NCBI RefSeq assembly: GCF_018977255.1
Contig: NW_024704742.1
Location: 45,076,001-45,140,000 of the forward strand
Length of the DNA: 64,000 nucleotides
Reading direction: 5' to 3'
Origin: Callorhinchus milii
Taxonomy: Eukaryota
The stretch's first letter is position 1. The number at the start of each line of letters is the position of its first letter. The translations under genes and the position numbers were made by a program. The notes under the pieces were generated by a model. It worked only from the letters and a program-made list of their open reading frames with translations. It made no database searches and had not been told where the DNA came from. This document shows, piece after piece, positions 13,896-26,782 of this stretch.

Positions 13896-16795
13896 GAAAT
13901 CAGGAGGACATTAGATGGTCGCTTAAAATAGCTGTGATAGAGTTTTGAAGAAAACTTGGTACAGAAAGCAGATAGGTGGAGGTACACAAATCTACCCACA
14001 ATCTACTTTCCTACACAACATTCTGGGATTATTTTCAATGAATACGTAGTGAATGCACAATAACATCAACCATGAACTCGTCAATTTCCTCAATTCTTAA
14101 AAGGATCCTTTTATTTTGTCTCATTCTGCTTAGCCCATAAAGTTTGAGAGAGATGACCGATTACACAGAAACTATGCATAGAATATTAAGATTTGGCTGA
14201 TGACTCCATTGGATAATTTACAAACTTCTATGGTGTACAGATATAATTAAAAGCGTTAAACTATGAGTTGGGGAACTGAAAGGTAAATTTGAATTTTCAA
14301 AGCATATTTCTGATGCTATGATCAGTCAGGAGATATATCACAAAACAAAATGTTGCAAAACCTTCATGATACATTAAGTATCACATATAATTTGTCATCA
14401 GCATGGTTCTACCAATGAAAAGATGTATAGTTGTGGAATAGCTGATTCCTCTAACAATGGGCACTGTCTTTGTTGATGTCCTCTGCAATATGTATAATTG
14501 AATGTATTTGCAACTGATGTTGTACAATCTTTCTTTCAATAGGAGAAACAGAACCAATGGACCACTTGTGGTTCCACAAAAGTATTCCACACCTGAGTGT
14601 CAATAGTTCAGATACATACATTGTGGGAGAATTAGATGATCTCTAGTGGAACCGCAGGGTGAGCAAATGGGTGGTAATAGTGGGGTGATGAAGGAATGGC
14701 CTTGGCACAAGATGGAGGATCAGAAAGCTGAGAGACATGGAAATTCATACATTAATTAGCTTCTTCAAATGGACATTTGTAGAGCATGACAAAAGTACTG
14801 AGGGATAACTGTCCACATTCTCCTTCCTTTTTTTTACAGAGAGGAAGTAAAAATAGAAGACACAAACACTCTATGAATGGGGTAGATCCACAACAGGGAA
14901 GCATTGGAAGAGAACTAGGGATATTAGTTGACTTATCATTCTCCATGATGTGTGATGCAAGATAATAATAATAATAATAATATTAAGATAGTCTATCCTT
15001 AGCATACCCACAATGAATACATATCCAAATAATATACCACAACCAAGAATGAGGTGCTACGTGTGGGAAGAGTACTATATATATAAGTTTGTATTATTCT
15101 ATTCACTGGGGGTTGGGAGCGCTGGATTGGCACTGGCACTGCCCAACTTGAGAACACATCCAGCTCCTCCCCTAACATACATCAGCCCAGAGGGACTTGC
15201 TTAGGAGGTAGATATTGATTATTGTATTAATCTAAGGAACGTTTTAGTTATACTTTTGATGTCTGTTTCTATATCTAGAGGGAGTACTTTGCATAACAAA
15301 TAATCTGTAGCTTTTAGTTCCCTTTTGATCTTTGATCTGTACCACACCATGATAATAATGTTAGCTCTTACATTTGGTATATTGCTTTTAACATTGTGAG
15401 GACATCCCAAAATACTTCACAGGATATACTGTAAAATGGAGTGACTCTGTCCAAAGTCAATGTTACAAAAAAACCTATCTGATCCTTAGTGTTGAGGACA
15501 GTGGTTCTGATGACTTTCATAAATGTTTATGGCATCATGAGAACCGCTCAATTGAATTACTGCCATAACTCACTCCCAGTCATTTCTCCTCCGAAACATA
15601 ATGAGCAAGAATTATAGATAAAACTTTTTTTAAAACATCCTCAGTTTCCTTCCTCCTCACTAGTTAAGCAAAGGTTCACTCATCAACTTGTTATCGTGAA
15701 TAAAAGGCCTTCAGAATGTATTCCAGGTTCTTTTGTCAAGACCCTTTGCAATCACACTGAAGTTCTTATAATAAGGCATGGAAATGCCTTGGGGCCACCT
15801 CCAGCCTTTCCCCCATTACAATAAATGTGTAGCTAATCAAGCACAAACCACATTCAAAGAAACAAAGCTGCTCTTTTCACCTGCCGGGCACAATCTTAAA
15901 TATGACTTGGCCTAGAACCTGATGGTCAGCTAACCTGACACATAAACAGCTACAATGTGACATGTTTCAGCTGCTCTGCATCTAAGATATCACATTGCTT
16001 GAATCCTTTCGTTGAGACTCTCACGTCACACTGATTTGCAATAAATTAGATGTTTAGATGAATTTTATAAAAAAACAAATTCCAAACAAACAGCAGTTTG
16101 AACTTTAAAGGTATAGAGCATACTTTTCTTTGAATAACGATGTGGGGACTGACATGTTGCCAAAATTGGCATCCAATTTATGGAAATCTGTAACCGGAAT
16201 CACTGATATGCAGTTACTTTGAGTTATCGTCAGGGTTCGTAGTAATGACTGCCATTTAGTATCAGTGCAAATTTCAACTTCAATGATATAAGTAGAAACG
16301 CATAAACAGTATTGTTTATGTCTTGTTTATTTGAAGAAAACAACATGAAATGCAAAAATGTTAAAGAATAAAGTATTGAAACAGTTTCCTTTTTGCTATT
16401 TATACTTCGTAACAATGTTTAGTCAATAGCCAATTGTAACAGTGCAGCTAGTAATTATTCCATCAGGTACTTTCAATGCTCATGGTGAAACTACATCACA
16501 GAAATAACAAAAATTGCCTGACCTTATGCGACTGTTCAATCTCTACACTTTCTCAAATATAACAAAATGGTTCTGTTGTAGCTCCAGCTTGGAGGATTCT
16601 CACTCTGGCTATAGAGTTAGAGCTATCTATCCTTTCGTAAACCTTTGAATTACACTAACTTGTTTCTTATGATTCAGCTAGATCGTCAATCTATTGCTTT
16701 CTGGTACAATAAAGATATATGGGAATGCGATATCCATTCTCTAGGACCTGCATGAAGGGCACTATGTAAATGCAAGTTGTTGTTGATAGGAATTT

Positions 16796-17115
16796 GTGGA
16801 GTCCTGCAGCTCAGTGGTTAGAGCACTCGCGTTGCAAGCGAGAGACCTGAGTTCAATTCCAGGCGGGGCAAAACCTTGGGCAAGTTTCCTTACTCCACAC
16901 GCCTAATAATAATCCCTCCAAAACCAAAAACAATAATAAATTGGTCATTTTCAATCTACGACTGTTTGTGGGACATTGCTGTGCGCAATTGGCTGCCGCA
17001 TTCGCCCACAAACATACAGTCAATTCACTTTACAGTGTGTTCTGTGAAGCGCTTTGGGACATCTTCCCGACGTGAAAAGCGCTATATCAAATGCAAGGAT
17101 TATTATTATTATTAT
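16796..17115 (+). mobile_element. SINE family A, short form
   Basis: Near-identical to 81-406; (TTA)n tail. Confidence 0.93.
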
Positions 17116-18974
17116 CTTGCATTACTGAAGCAAGATTCTATCTGAGTACAAATGTTTCCACCTAAAAGTACTATTTCCAATTCTAAATGATCAAAATAGT
17201 CCAATTTATCCTGGAAAAGACCATCGAACCCTCTCTACCCCATTCAATGAACCTATCACATTCAAAGATTACAATTGTTCACTCTGTCAAGAACATCTTG
17301 TTGTGTTTCATAATGCCAGTCATTAATAATGGCTCAGAGTGATAAATAGTAACTCCGGCCAATAATTGGAACTGTGTCACATCGACTCTCAGGAAATATG
17401 TTCCAGAAGTAGATTGCATCAAAGGGGAGTTGTAATGGGTCAGCGAGGCACACAAATAATTATTGGAAGGAATCCTTCACTATTTACAGCTATGAATGGT
17501 TATTAATGACTCCCATTACAAATCTTTACATATGGTGGTACAGATTGCACAAACATTTTAAATGTCAGATGCTTAGAAAATGTTGTAGATAATTTGCTGC
17601 ACATTCCCCGGCCCCATGCCACCATGGTGGCCAAGCCTTCAGTCATTACCCCCCAAGCCCATGGAACTATCCACCTCTATTCCTCCACTTACTTCGCCCC
17701 CACTTCAAAGCACACCTTAATGTGTACCTTTTGAACTATGCCTATGGTCACCTGAAGGGAATAGAGAAGTATTGGAAAGGGGAAAAGAGAGGGGGAGGAA
17801 AATATGAATATAAACCTCATCAGGGTTTAGTTAGACTTAATGGTCTATTTCTCAACAAATGTGATTGATCTATCTAGTCTGTGCACACATCCATATATTG
17901 CATACTTGTGGAGTCCACAAAATATACAATCTATTCACTTTACAGCGTATTCTGTGAAGTGCTTTGAGATGTCTCAACGACGTGATAAGGTGCTATATCA
18001 AATGTAAGGATTATTATTATTACCTCCAGCATTCTCTTGAACCTTTTTTTTTAGAACCATAAACATTTTGAAGCTCCCAAGGAGGCCATTGAACACCGCA
18101 CCCATGCTCTTTTATCATGATTTATTTTAGATATTATTTAAATCTGTCCTAAACATTAGTATGCATTAAATTTGGTTTCAGTTTGAAAGCTGTATTTTCG
18201 TGGTTCTTTTCGAACAATTGCAATGACAAATTAGGACTCTGGCCCTTTTACAATGAAGGGTGAGGGAAGTCTGGATCGCTGATTAAATAGGTGCAGAAAG
18301 CTTCTTCTGAAGCAATACATTTTCATGGTGTATGATCCCTTTTTCATATCTAACCCTGCTCTGTGCACAATGTTACTGCACAGCTGGGGTCATCACGGTC
18401 TATATTTTCTACCTTGGAATTACTTATCTGCTTTATTTGGTCTTGTCTTCAATAAGACCAGCCTCAAACCAGCATTAATTCCATCAGTCATTTGCACAAG
18501 TCAAAAAATTGAAACATGCCACTTGTAGCAGAGATTTAGCAGCAAAAGAAATGACTAGTTTTATTCAGGATTGTAAATATTACATGGTGGGCAAAGTCGC
18601 AGTGTAGATGAAAAATGCAGCACACCCTCAGAATACTTCATGCAATAATGCTTCAAATTTTGCAATACAGTACACTTGCACAAAGGAGAACATTTTACAA
18701 GTGTGCCAGTCTGGATCAGCTGGTAGCATTGTCACCTCTGAGTCAGAAGGTTTGACTGGAAAGCACACAGGCTATCAATCCCAATTGTTCTTATTGATAC
18801 CTGAGGGTTGTGGTGGACATCAACTTTTGCCAGGACATTATCCTGAAGGAGTGCGCAGAGAAGGGGTGAAGGGCATTTTGGTCATGCTCGTCTCTTCAAG
18901 TTTAGCAAGGTCTGAAAGCAGATCAGGTTTGTAGCATATAACAGCTCTGTACAAACAGTTCTCCTATAAGGATC

Positions 18975-19300
18975 TAAGCTTGGCAGACACCGGCCTACTT
19001 CAGTCCCCCACACTTCCCACCCCACCATTAGTGGTCGGACATTCAGCATTTCTGCCCCCACAATCTGGAACTCTATCTTGCAATCCCTCTGCCTCACCCC
19101 CTCTGTTGCTTCCTTCAAGTCCCGTCTGAAGACCGTTCTCTTCAACCGTGCCTTCAGCCACCCTCCCACTCCCACCACCTACCCTCCTGCCTTTCAGATC
19201 CCAAATCCCAGCTCAGGTCTAAAATCTCTGATTGTCCACCACCCTGGGATGTCTTTCCAACATGAAGGGCACAATACAAGTATCATTTGTTGATGTTGTT
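18975..19300 (+). mobile_element. L2 3' fragment
   Basis: SFKSRLKTVLFNRAF and tail. Confidence 0.82.
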
Positions 19301-20379
19301 CTTGTCATAGCTCCTCGGGATGGAGTGGAGGGGCTTTTCTGGCCCATTTGCAATCTCCAGGATCAAGCATTGAGGTGGATTTGTGCAAACATGGGAAGCA
19401 GCTACAGGGAGGTAGGGCTTTGGCCTACACTGACCTGACACTGAGCACTGTTCAAGGTGGAGTCGAATTCACAGTGGACATGTCTATTTGCCAAAGCGTA
19501 TAGTCATAAATTCTAACCTGATACTCCAATGCAGTGCTGGGAGAGTGGTTCATTGATGGAGATACTGTCCTTCAGATCAGATGTTAAATCAAAGCCTTGT
19601 TTTCATGTTCAGGTAGATTTAAAGATCCCATGGCACTATTCAAAAAGAGAAGGAAGTTATCTCAGTGTCCTGACCAACCATCGCCCAATCATTCACAGCA
19701 GTTAGTTGTAGGTCATTGCTATGTGAACATTGTCTGCCATGTTCACCCACAAAACACATAGTCAATCCATTTTACAGTGTGAAGCATTTTGAGACTTATT
19801 ATGGTATTATGAAATTTATTATGGTAAATTATTCTTGTGTATATGCGTGCATCTAAATGTCAAGGGACAGCATTATTGGGTTCAGTAGGCCACCTATCAT
19901 AGTTGGACAATATGTTGACACGACCCACCTCACTTCACACATTAACTGTGGTTATTTGAGTGAGGCACCAGAGGGACATCAATAGCATTTGTATTCAGCG
20001 TGAATCATCACTTCTGGGAGCAGAATGGAAAACAAACATAGATTTAAAGCATAGCATGAAGTTCCATTTCCATTGTAAATTATATTAATAAATCCAAAGT
20101 ACAATAAACTTCCAAAGAAAACCTGGCACGCTTCTTCATTTTTCAACTGGACCTTTTATGCTATTGTTTCTGTGAACAAATAATGAACAAAGAAGGTCAA
20201 TTGTTTTTCTTTAATTATTTTAGGAAAGAACATTCATTTTAAGTTATCATTCTCATTAATTTGGTTCTTCACTTAGCTGGCATGATAGGTGAAGGTAATT
20301 GACAGGCAGAATTCCATTGACTGACTGAAAGTAGACAAACATGTGACATATTGAGGACTTATATTTACAGAATGGCCTG

Positions 20380-21090
20380 AAGATCAGAAGAGGAAAAGTA
20401 AACACACAGTTTAGATTCAATTACTTTACACAGAGAGTAGTGAATATATGGATTGGACTACTGAGTAAGGTAGATCAATAAATCACAAGATTGGTTTGGA
20501 TGAAGATGGCCCTTTGGCCCATTTGATCTCAATCTTCCAAATTACCCATCCTTCCAACTTTCCATCATTTCAATGAGTCCAGAGTCTTAGCATCAACCGG
20601 CCTTCCTCATGATCTGTTCCGGTCGTTAATAAACTTCTGGATAAAGAGAAACTTCCTTGGAACTCTAAACATATGTCCTCTTGTTGTTTTGGTATATTGG
20701 TGCTTCCTAATGTATTGTTCTGAGTTTACTTATTCAATCCCATTTAAATTTTGACATAACTCTATAAGGTTCCCTGTGAGATATCTCCTTTCAAGATGCC
20801 TACCTTGTCTAATCATTGACTGAGTCAGCTAACTGATAAGAAAACTAATTGAAGGGTATGAGAGGTGGAGCAATGTTGATTTTGTTTTACTTTGGGACAA
20901 GCCAGATGGAATCTTCATGTCGAAGGCTAGTATTGTAGATTTGTTTAAGGGAAGTGTTTGAGAGAGCAAATTGTGCAGAACTATTTCCAGTGGTGGAATA
21001 GTTGAAGACAAGAGGGCCTTAAATTAAAATGTTAACATGGAGTATGAAAGGAAAATAGCAAGAATTCCAGTTCTGTGCATTCCTATATTC
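20380..21090. mobile_element. Cluster of old CR1 fragments in both orientations
   Basis: TTACACAGAGAGTAGTGAATATATGGA on the plus strand, and a reversed CR1 end at ~20500-20820. Confidence 0.55.
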
Positions 21091-22381
21091 CTAAATTCTA
21101 ACTCATTGATGCCACAAAATAAATGCCTCTCGAGATAATATTTCTTAATTTGTAAACATTGATAGAATAACAAATATTCTATTAACAACAAATTTTAAAA
21201 TACTAGTGTCTGAAATACAGTTTTTTTTAATGGTATCTCTTAACAAGAAAGCTGTGTATGTGACTGTAGGCTGGATTTTATCTGGCAGGTGCATTCCATT
21301 GTCAAGATCCATGTGAGAGTTGATGGGAGACTTATTGAGCGTATCCCTTTTGTAAGAGGCTGAAAGCCAAATTGATCTCTGTTATCCACCCAATTTCACG
21401 TTTCCATCAATGTTGAATTGGATAACATTGAGAGAAATGGATTTGGTTTGCCTGTTCCAGGCATTTACATAGAATTATGGTGCTTTTGCTATCAGATGAT
21501 GTTGTACCAATGGCATGAAGTCTGCACAGCTGGTGATGTGGAATTGACATGGCTTCCCAATGGCTCACTTCACGAAGCCCCATTGGAAGTACATATGTGG
21601 AATTTGGGTGAGGACAGGATTGGACTTGGCTCTGATGACTACCACAGTTGAGTTGTTTGCCAACAATCATTTCAAAGCTCACAAAGGAAGAATAATTACT
21701 TGTGTGTGGTAGTGGAACAGACAGTGGAATCAGGATGGATGCAAGTAACAATATCCTCCAGTAAAGGGGAAAAAAGAGTCAAATACCTAATGTGAACGAG
21801 TGATGAAAATCATCAAACAAAAAAGTAATTTGGAAACTGGAATTTGACTTTTAATTACTTCAGTTAATTTTGCGATTATCTTATCTTCAGTTATGCACTA
21901 TGCCATGTTGTCAGTATGGTGAACTTGAACCCTCATACCCCTTCACTGAAAATGCTGCTCCAGGATAGACAGTTGTTCAGCTGTTGAATTAATAAATTAA
22001 GCAAAGGGGGAATTTCTTCTGCATCTGACAATCGTATGCCTGGCGTTGGAGTGTACTCAATGCAGACACTGAGTGATAGAAAAAATAGATGCTGACAGCA
22101 CTAAAAGGGAATGAAAATCTTTATTATGCATGTTTTTGCAGATCAGAATCAAACATAAAAAAATTCCTTTGGACAACGAACATTTTCTGTGACTCTATGA
22201 GCCATTGAAACTAAATTGGGTCAAATCATAAGGAAAGGTTCAGGATAATTCAGTTCAATCGACTCACGTTTTGTCTGAATACAAATGTGCTGCAGATCTC
22301 AAATACTGTCCTACTATAATGTTAGATCACATAAAATATAATGAAATCAATATTGATTCTTATAAGAATTCAAAATATGAA

Positions 22382-23000
22382 AACAACAACAAAAGAATTA
22401 CAATTGTAAAGCGCCTTTCACGTCGGGAGGACGTCCTGAGGCGCTGAAAGGTCAGGGATCAGGACCCGAGTGTAGGGAGGGATGGGTTGGGATGAGGGAG
22501 GGCAGAGGGGGTAGAAGGGTGGCTCAAGGCATGGTCGAAAAAGATGGTCTTGAGTCGTGCCTTGAAGGAGGCAAGAGAGGGAGTAAAGCGAAGAGATTGT
22601 GGGATGGATTTCCAAAGGGTGGGAGCAGAGAGGGTGGGAGCAGAGAGGCTGGAAGCCTGGCCGCTGATGGTGGGGCAGGTTGGATGGGAAACATGGAGCA
22701 GGCCAGAGTCTCCTGAGCGGAGGGAGCAGACAAGTTGATAGGGTTTAGCAGGTCAGAGATGTAGGAAGTGGCAAGTGAGGGCCTTAAAGATGAGGATGAG
22801 GATTATGAATTCTATCCTCTGAGGGATTGGGAGCCAGAGGGGGAGGGTGGGGGTGATGGGGTCACCGAGCCTGGTGTAGGAGAGGACATGAGCTGCAGAG
22901 TTCTGGATAATCTGCAACTTGTGGAGGGAAGATTTGTGGAGGCTGACAAGGGGGGAGTTTCCATAGTTGAGCCTTGAAGTGACAAGGTGAAAAGAATGTT
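22382..23000 (-). mobile_element. L2 LINE 3' fragment
   Basis: VTSRLNYGN, QIIQNSAA and WLPIPQRIEF motifs; tail stem-loop. Confidence 0.9.
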
Positions 23001-23405
23001 GTTCAGAACCCCTTTTTACAGGTAGTCTGTCATGTACATTTGAGTGCAGCCTTACTTGGCACACACCTTAGAGCTGGAAGAACACAACACACATCTGCTA
23101 AATTAATGCACTGGAGTCATTTTGTTGTCACTTTCAATTTGACAGCAAAAAATCAAAGCACAATAAGTAAGAAGTGACAGTAACAGCACTTTGGTCCAAT
23201 ATAATAGAACTTTACTTTATTATAAAATAATCAAATATAAGTAGACATATTTCAGAGTGATCTTAGTTGCTTCACATTTCCAGATTGTATTCAGCTTGGA
23301 AATGAATAAATTCAACTACATTTTTTTTTAGGGTTTATTACACAAACTTTCAAAACTTTCTGGAACAAATATCCTTCAGATGTGCAGTATGTTACATGTA
23401 AGTGC

Positions 23406-23721
23406 TAATAATAATAATCCTTGCATTTCATATAGCACTTTTCAAGTCTTCTAGCCGTCTCAAAGCGCTTCACAGAATATGCTGCAAAATGAATTGACTG
23501 TATATTTGTGGGCGAAACGCAGCAGCCAATTGCGCCCAGCAGTGCCCCACAAACAGTCGTGGATTGAAAATGAACAATTTATTATTGTTTTGTTTTGGAG
23601 AGATTATTATTAGGCGTGTGGGAGTAAGGAAACTTGCCCAAGGTTTCGCCCTGCCGGGAATTGAGCCCAGGTGTCTCACTTGCAAGGCGAGTACTCTAAC
23701 TACTGAGTTACAGGACTCCAC
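23406..23721 (-). mobile_element. SINE family A, short form, TAGAA-loop variant
   Basis: Reverse complement aligns over the full length of 81-406, with more divergence. Confidence 0.9.
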
Positions 23722-25079
23722 TATTTACAATTGTGTCATGTTTGGCAGTTTTATATTGGTTATTCACTGTATGAGGCTCACTGGACCATCAGCAATAGGA
23801 GTTGTGCCCTTCACCTTCCTTAGAATACTGGGAAAATTAAGATAATGCTGTGTGTTCTAGGAATCCCTGAACTACTAGGATGTTGGTTCACCACTGAACA
23901 ATCCATAGGCATGGAAATGGTTAGACGGAAAGGAGCAGAATAAATCCAGAAGCCCATCAAGTTTGCTCCCAGGAGAAACTGTTAATCCTATCAAAACACA
24001 GAGAGGTAGACCATCACTTTATTAGATTGTTAGATATCAGTGAAAATCCCATTGGACTACCAAGCAAGATTACAATGAGCCTTGCTGTAATGGCTCCAGC
24101 TAAAAACATTGTCAGCTTTTCCATCATCCATTACAGGATTACAAAGGATATTTATTATTCGGGTAGGCATAAAACAATGTAGAATCACATTTTTGTTCTT
24201 CACACAATTGAAACACAAATAAATGAAACTGGCAATGACTTTTCAGTTCTGAGGCATGACTGGCATGAGACAAGCACTCCAGGACACTACCCAGTCTGAA
24301 GAGTGCTATATAAATGAAAGTTGTTGTTGTTCTTGTCTGATTCTAAGAGTGATGAGCTGACAATCTCCTCTGCTGTTGGACTCTGTAAGTATTCTATTTG
24401 CAGTGAGTTTCAGCAGTCTTAATTCGGTTCCCTGTGGAATGGCTACATAGGACAAAACTACCCATAATATGAATCAAAAAATCAAAGAGTGTTACAGCAC
24501 AGAAACAAGCTACCAAACCATCAATGGTGTTTTCTCCACACGCTCCACCGAATCTAAGCCTTTAATCCATAATCTACACTTTAATATTCGTCTTTTTTGA
24601 TCATCTTTCTAATTCCCTTATAAAAATCTTTTCATGGACTCTGATTCAACTTGTTTCAACATGCTTGGCACCAAAGAACTGCCCATTCCACCCACCCTCT
24701 GTGTAAAGACATTTTTGAATCTCTTTAATTCCTTTTGCGATTACCTCAAAGTTATGGCCTAATTCAGCACTAATCGGCATAGAATTAGAAATCTCACACC
24801 AAGAAGCCATAGATCTCTGAGGCTCGAAAAAACACATACTCAGCCTTAGAGCTGTCCACATGTTGCATTTGGCCATGAAACACACAGTTACTCACTTTTT
24901 CCTGTGCAGTGTACTGAGATGTCCTCCCAATCTAAAAGGCATTATGCCAAAAGTAAAAATAATAATTATTATCATTGAAGACTGTTGTCATTCAGATCAA
25001 AACTATGGATGCGCGCCCAAGAAACACTCACAGTCACTACACTTTACAATATATTGTCTCAACGTGAAAGGCATTATGC

Positions 25080-25488
25080 CAATTATAAATCCTCATCCTC
25101 ATTTTCAAGACCCTCCATGGCCTTGCTCCTTTGTACCTCTGTGACCAGTTAACCCCATATCAATGTGTCCGCTCCCTCCACTCAGCATGCTTTGGCCTGC
25201 TCCACGTCCCCCGCCTGACCCCCCATCCACCATCGGCGGACAGGCCTTCAGCTCCTCTGGAACTCCATCCCAAATTACCTTCACCTCGCTTCCTCCCTTA
25301 CCTCCTTCAAAACACGTCTAAAGACGCTCCACTTTGACTGCATCTTTGGCCACCCTACTACCGCTACCCTCCCTCCCGTCCACCACTCTGACCCCAACCT
25401 CTGTTTGTGTTGAAATCCCTGACTGTCCAGCGCCTTGGGACATCCTCCCGACATGAAACCTGCTTTACAAATGTAATTTGTTGTTGTT
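25080..25488 (+). mobile_element. L2 3' fragment
   Basis: ORF2 C-terminal remnant, GGGACATCCTCCCGACATG stem-loop and GTT tail. Confidence 0.85.
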
Positions 25489-25638
25489 AGAAGGATTTAT
25501 ACTATTAAGATCTTGCAGAATTTTGGAATTGTTTTGAAATTTAACCTTAGTTTGGAAGTATTCTCAATTCTTTTTGGGCACTGTGAAAAACCAGCTTCCA
25601 AATCAAAACTAAATTTAGAATTTTTCCATTAATTGTTT

Positions 25639-26084
25639 ACAACAACAACAACAACAACAAGATTGCACTTATAGAGTGCCTTTCACATCGGGAGGACGTC
25701 CCAAGGCGCTGGACAGTTGGGTCGGGACCCAAGCAGGGGGAAAATGGTCAGGGTGAAGGGAGGGAAGGGAGGGAGCAAGGAGGGGGTAGAGAGTCAAGAG
25801 GGGAGGTGAAGGCATGGTTGAAGAGAAAGGTCTTGAGACCGGCCTTGAAGGAGGAAAGGGAGGAGGCGGCGAAGGCACTGGGGGATGGAGTTCCAGAGCC
25901 TAGGGTCTGAGAGGCTGAAGGCCCGGCCACCGATGGTAGGGCGGTTGGGGCAGGGGATGTGGAGCAGACCGGAGCCAGAGGAATGGAGGGTACAGGCAGG
26001 TAAGTAGGGGGATAGTAGTTCGGAGAGGTAGGAGGGAGCAAAGCCGTGAATGGACGTGTAGGTGAGGATGAGGATCTTGAATTC
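25639..26084 (-). mobile_element. Young L2 3' fragment
   Basis: FKILILTY...GGRAFS...LWNSIP. Highly similar to 35005-35323; CpGs retained. Confidence 0.92.
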
Positions 26085-26387
26085 GTTTAATAATACTTTA
26101 TAAAAAATTATCATAAACATGAGGCTGTTTAGAAATACAAGCATGGTTTGGTGAATGAAAAACATCACACTGCACTGTGAGTGGTCCTTGTCTAAGGTTA
26201 GAGTTCAGGTGCATTTCAATATTACAACACAGCGGAGGAGGCAGCTGACCTGGAAGTACCTGATGCCCAAAATGGAAATTGTTCCATTATTGAGCATGAA
26301 TATCTCTCACCTCGATGAGCAAGCAATTCACAAATGAAAGTAGAAAATATCAATGCACTTCTGCATTTTGAATTGGGTAAATTATAA

Positions 26388-26782
26388 GATTATTCTCCTT
26401 GAAGCAGAGAACATTGAGAGGAGATTAAATAGAGGTGTTCATTATGAGTGGTTTTGATAGAGCAGATAGGGAGAACCTGTTTCCAATGGCGGGTGGGTCG
26501 GTAACCGGAGGACACAGATTTAAAATAATTCGCAAAAGAACCAGAGAGGAGACGAGGTGATGAGTTGTTATATTCTGGAATGCACTGCCTGAAAGGGTTG
26601 TGGTAGCAGATTCGATAATAGCTTTCAAAAGGGAATTAAATAGGTACGTAAAAAGGAAACATTTGCAGGGCTATGGGATAAGAGCAGGAGAGTGGGACTG
26701 GTTGGTAGCTCTTTCAAAGAGCCGGCATGGCACGATAGGCCGAATGGTCTCCTTCTGTGCTGTAAAATTCCATTATTCTATG
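26388..26782 (+). mobile_element. CR1 3' fragment
   Basis: Parallels 29750-30166; ends ATTCTATG. Confidence 0.88.

Noticed and set aside
21407..21751. Overlapping 114-aa and 77-aa ORFs in non-repeat-looking DNA
   Set aside because: No recognisable domain or convincing splice signals; possibly an old DNA-transposon relic.
25997..26005. Perfect donor CAG|GTAAGT
   Set aside because: Lies inside an antisense young L2; no evidence of exonisation.
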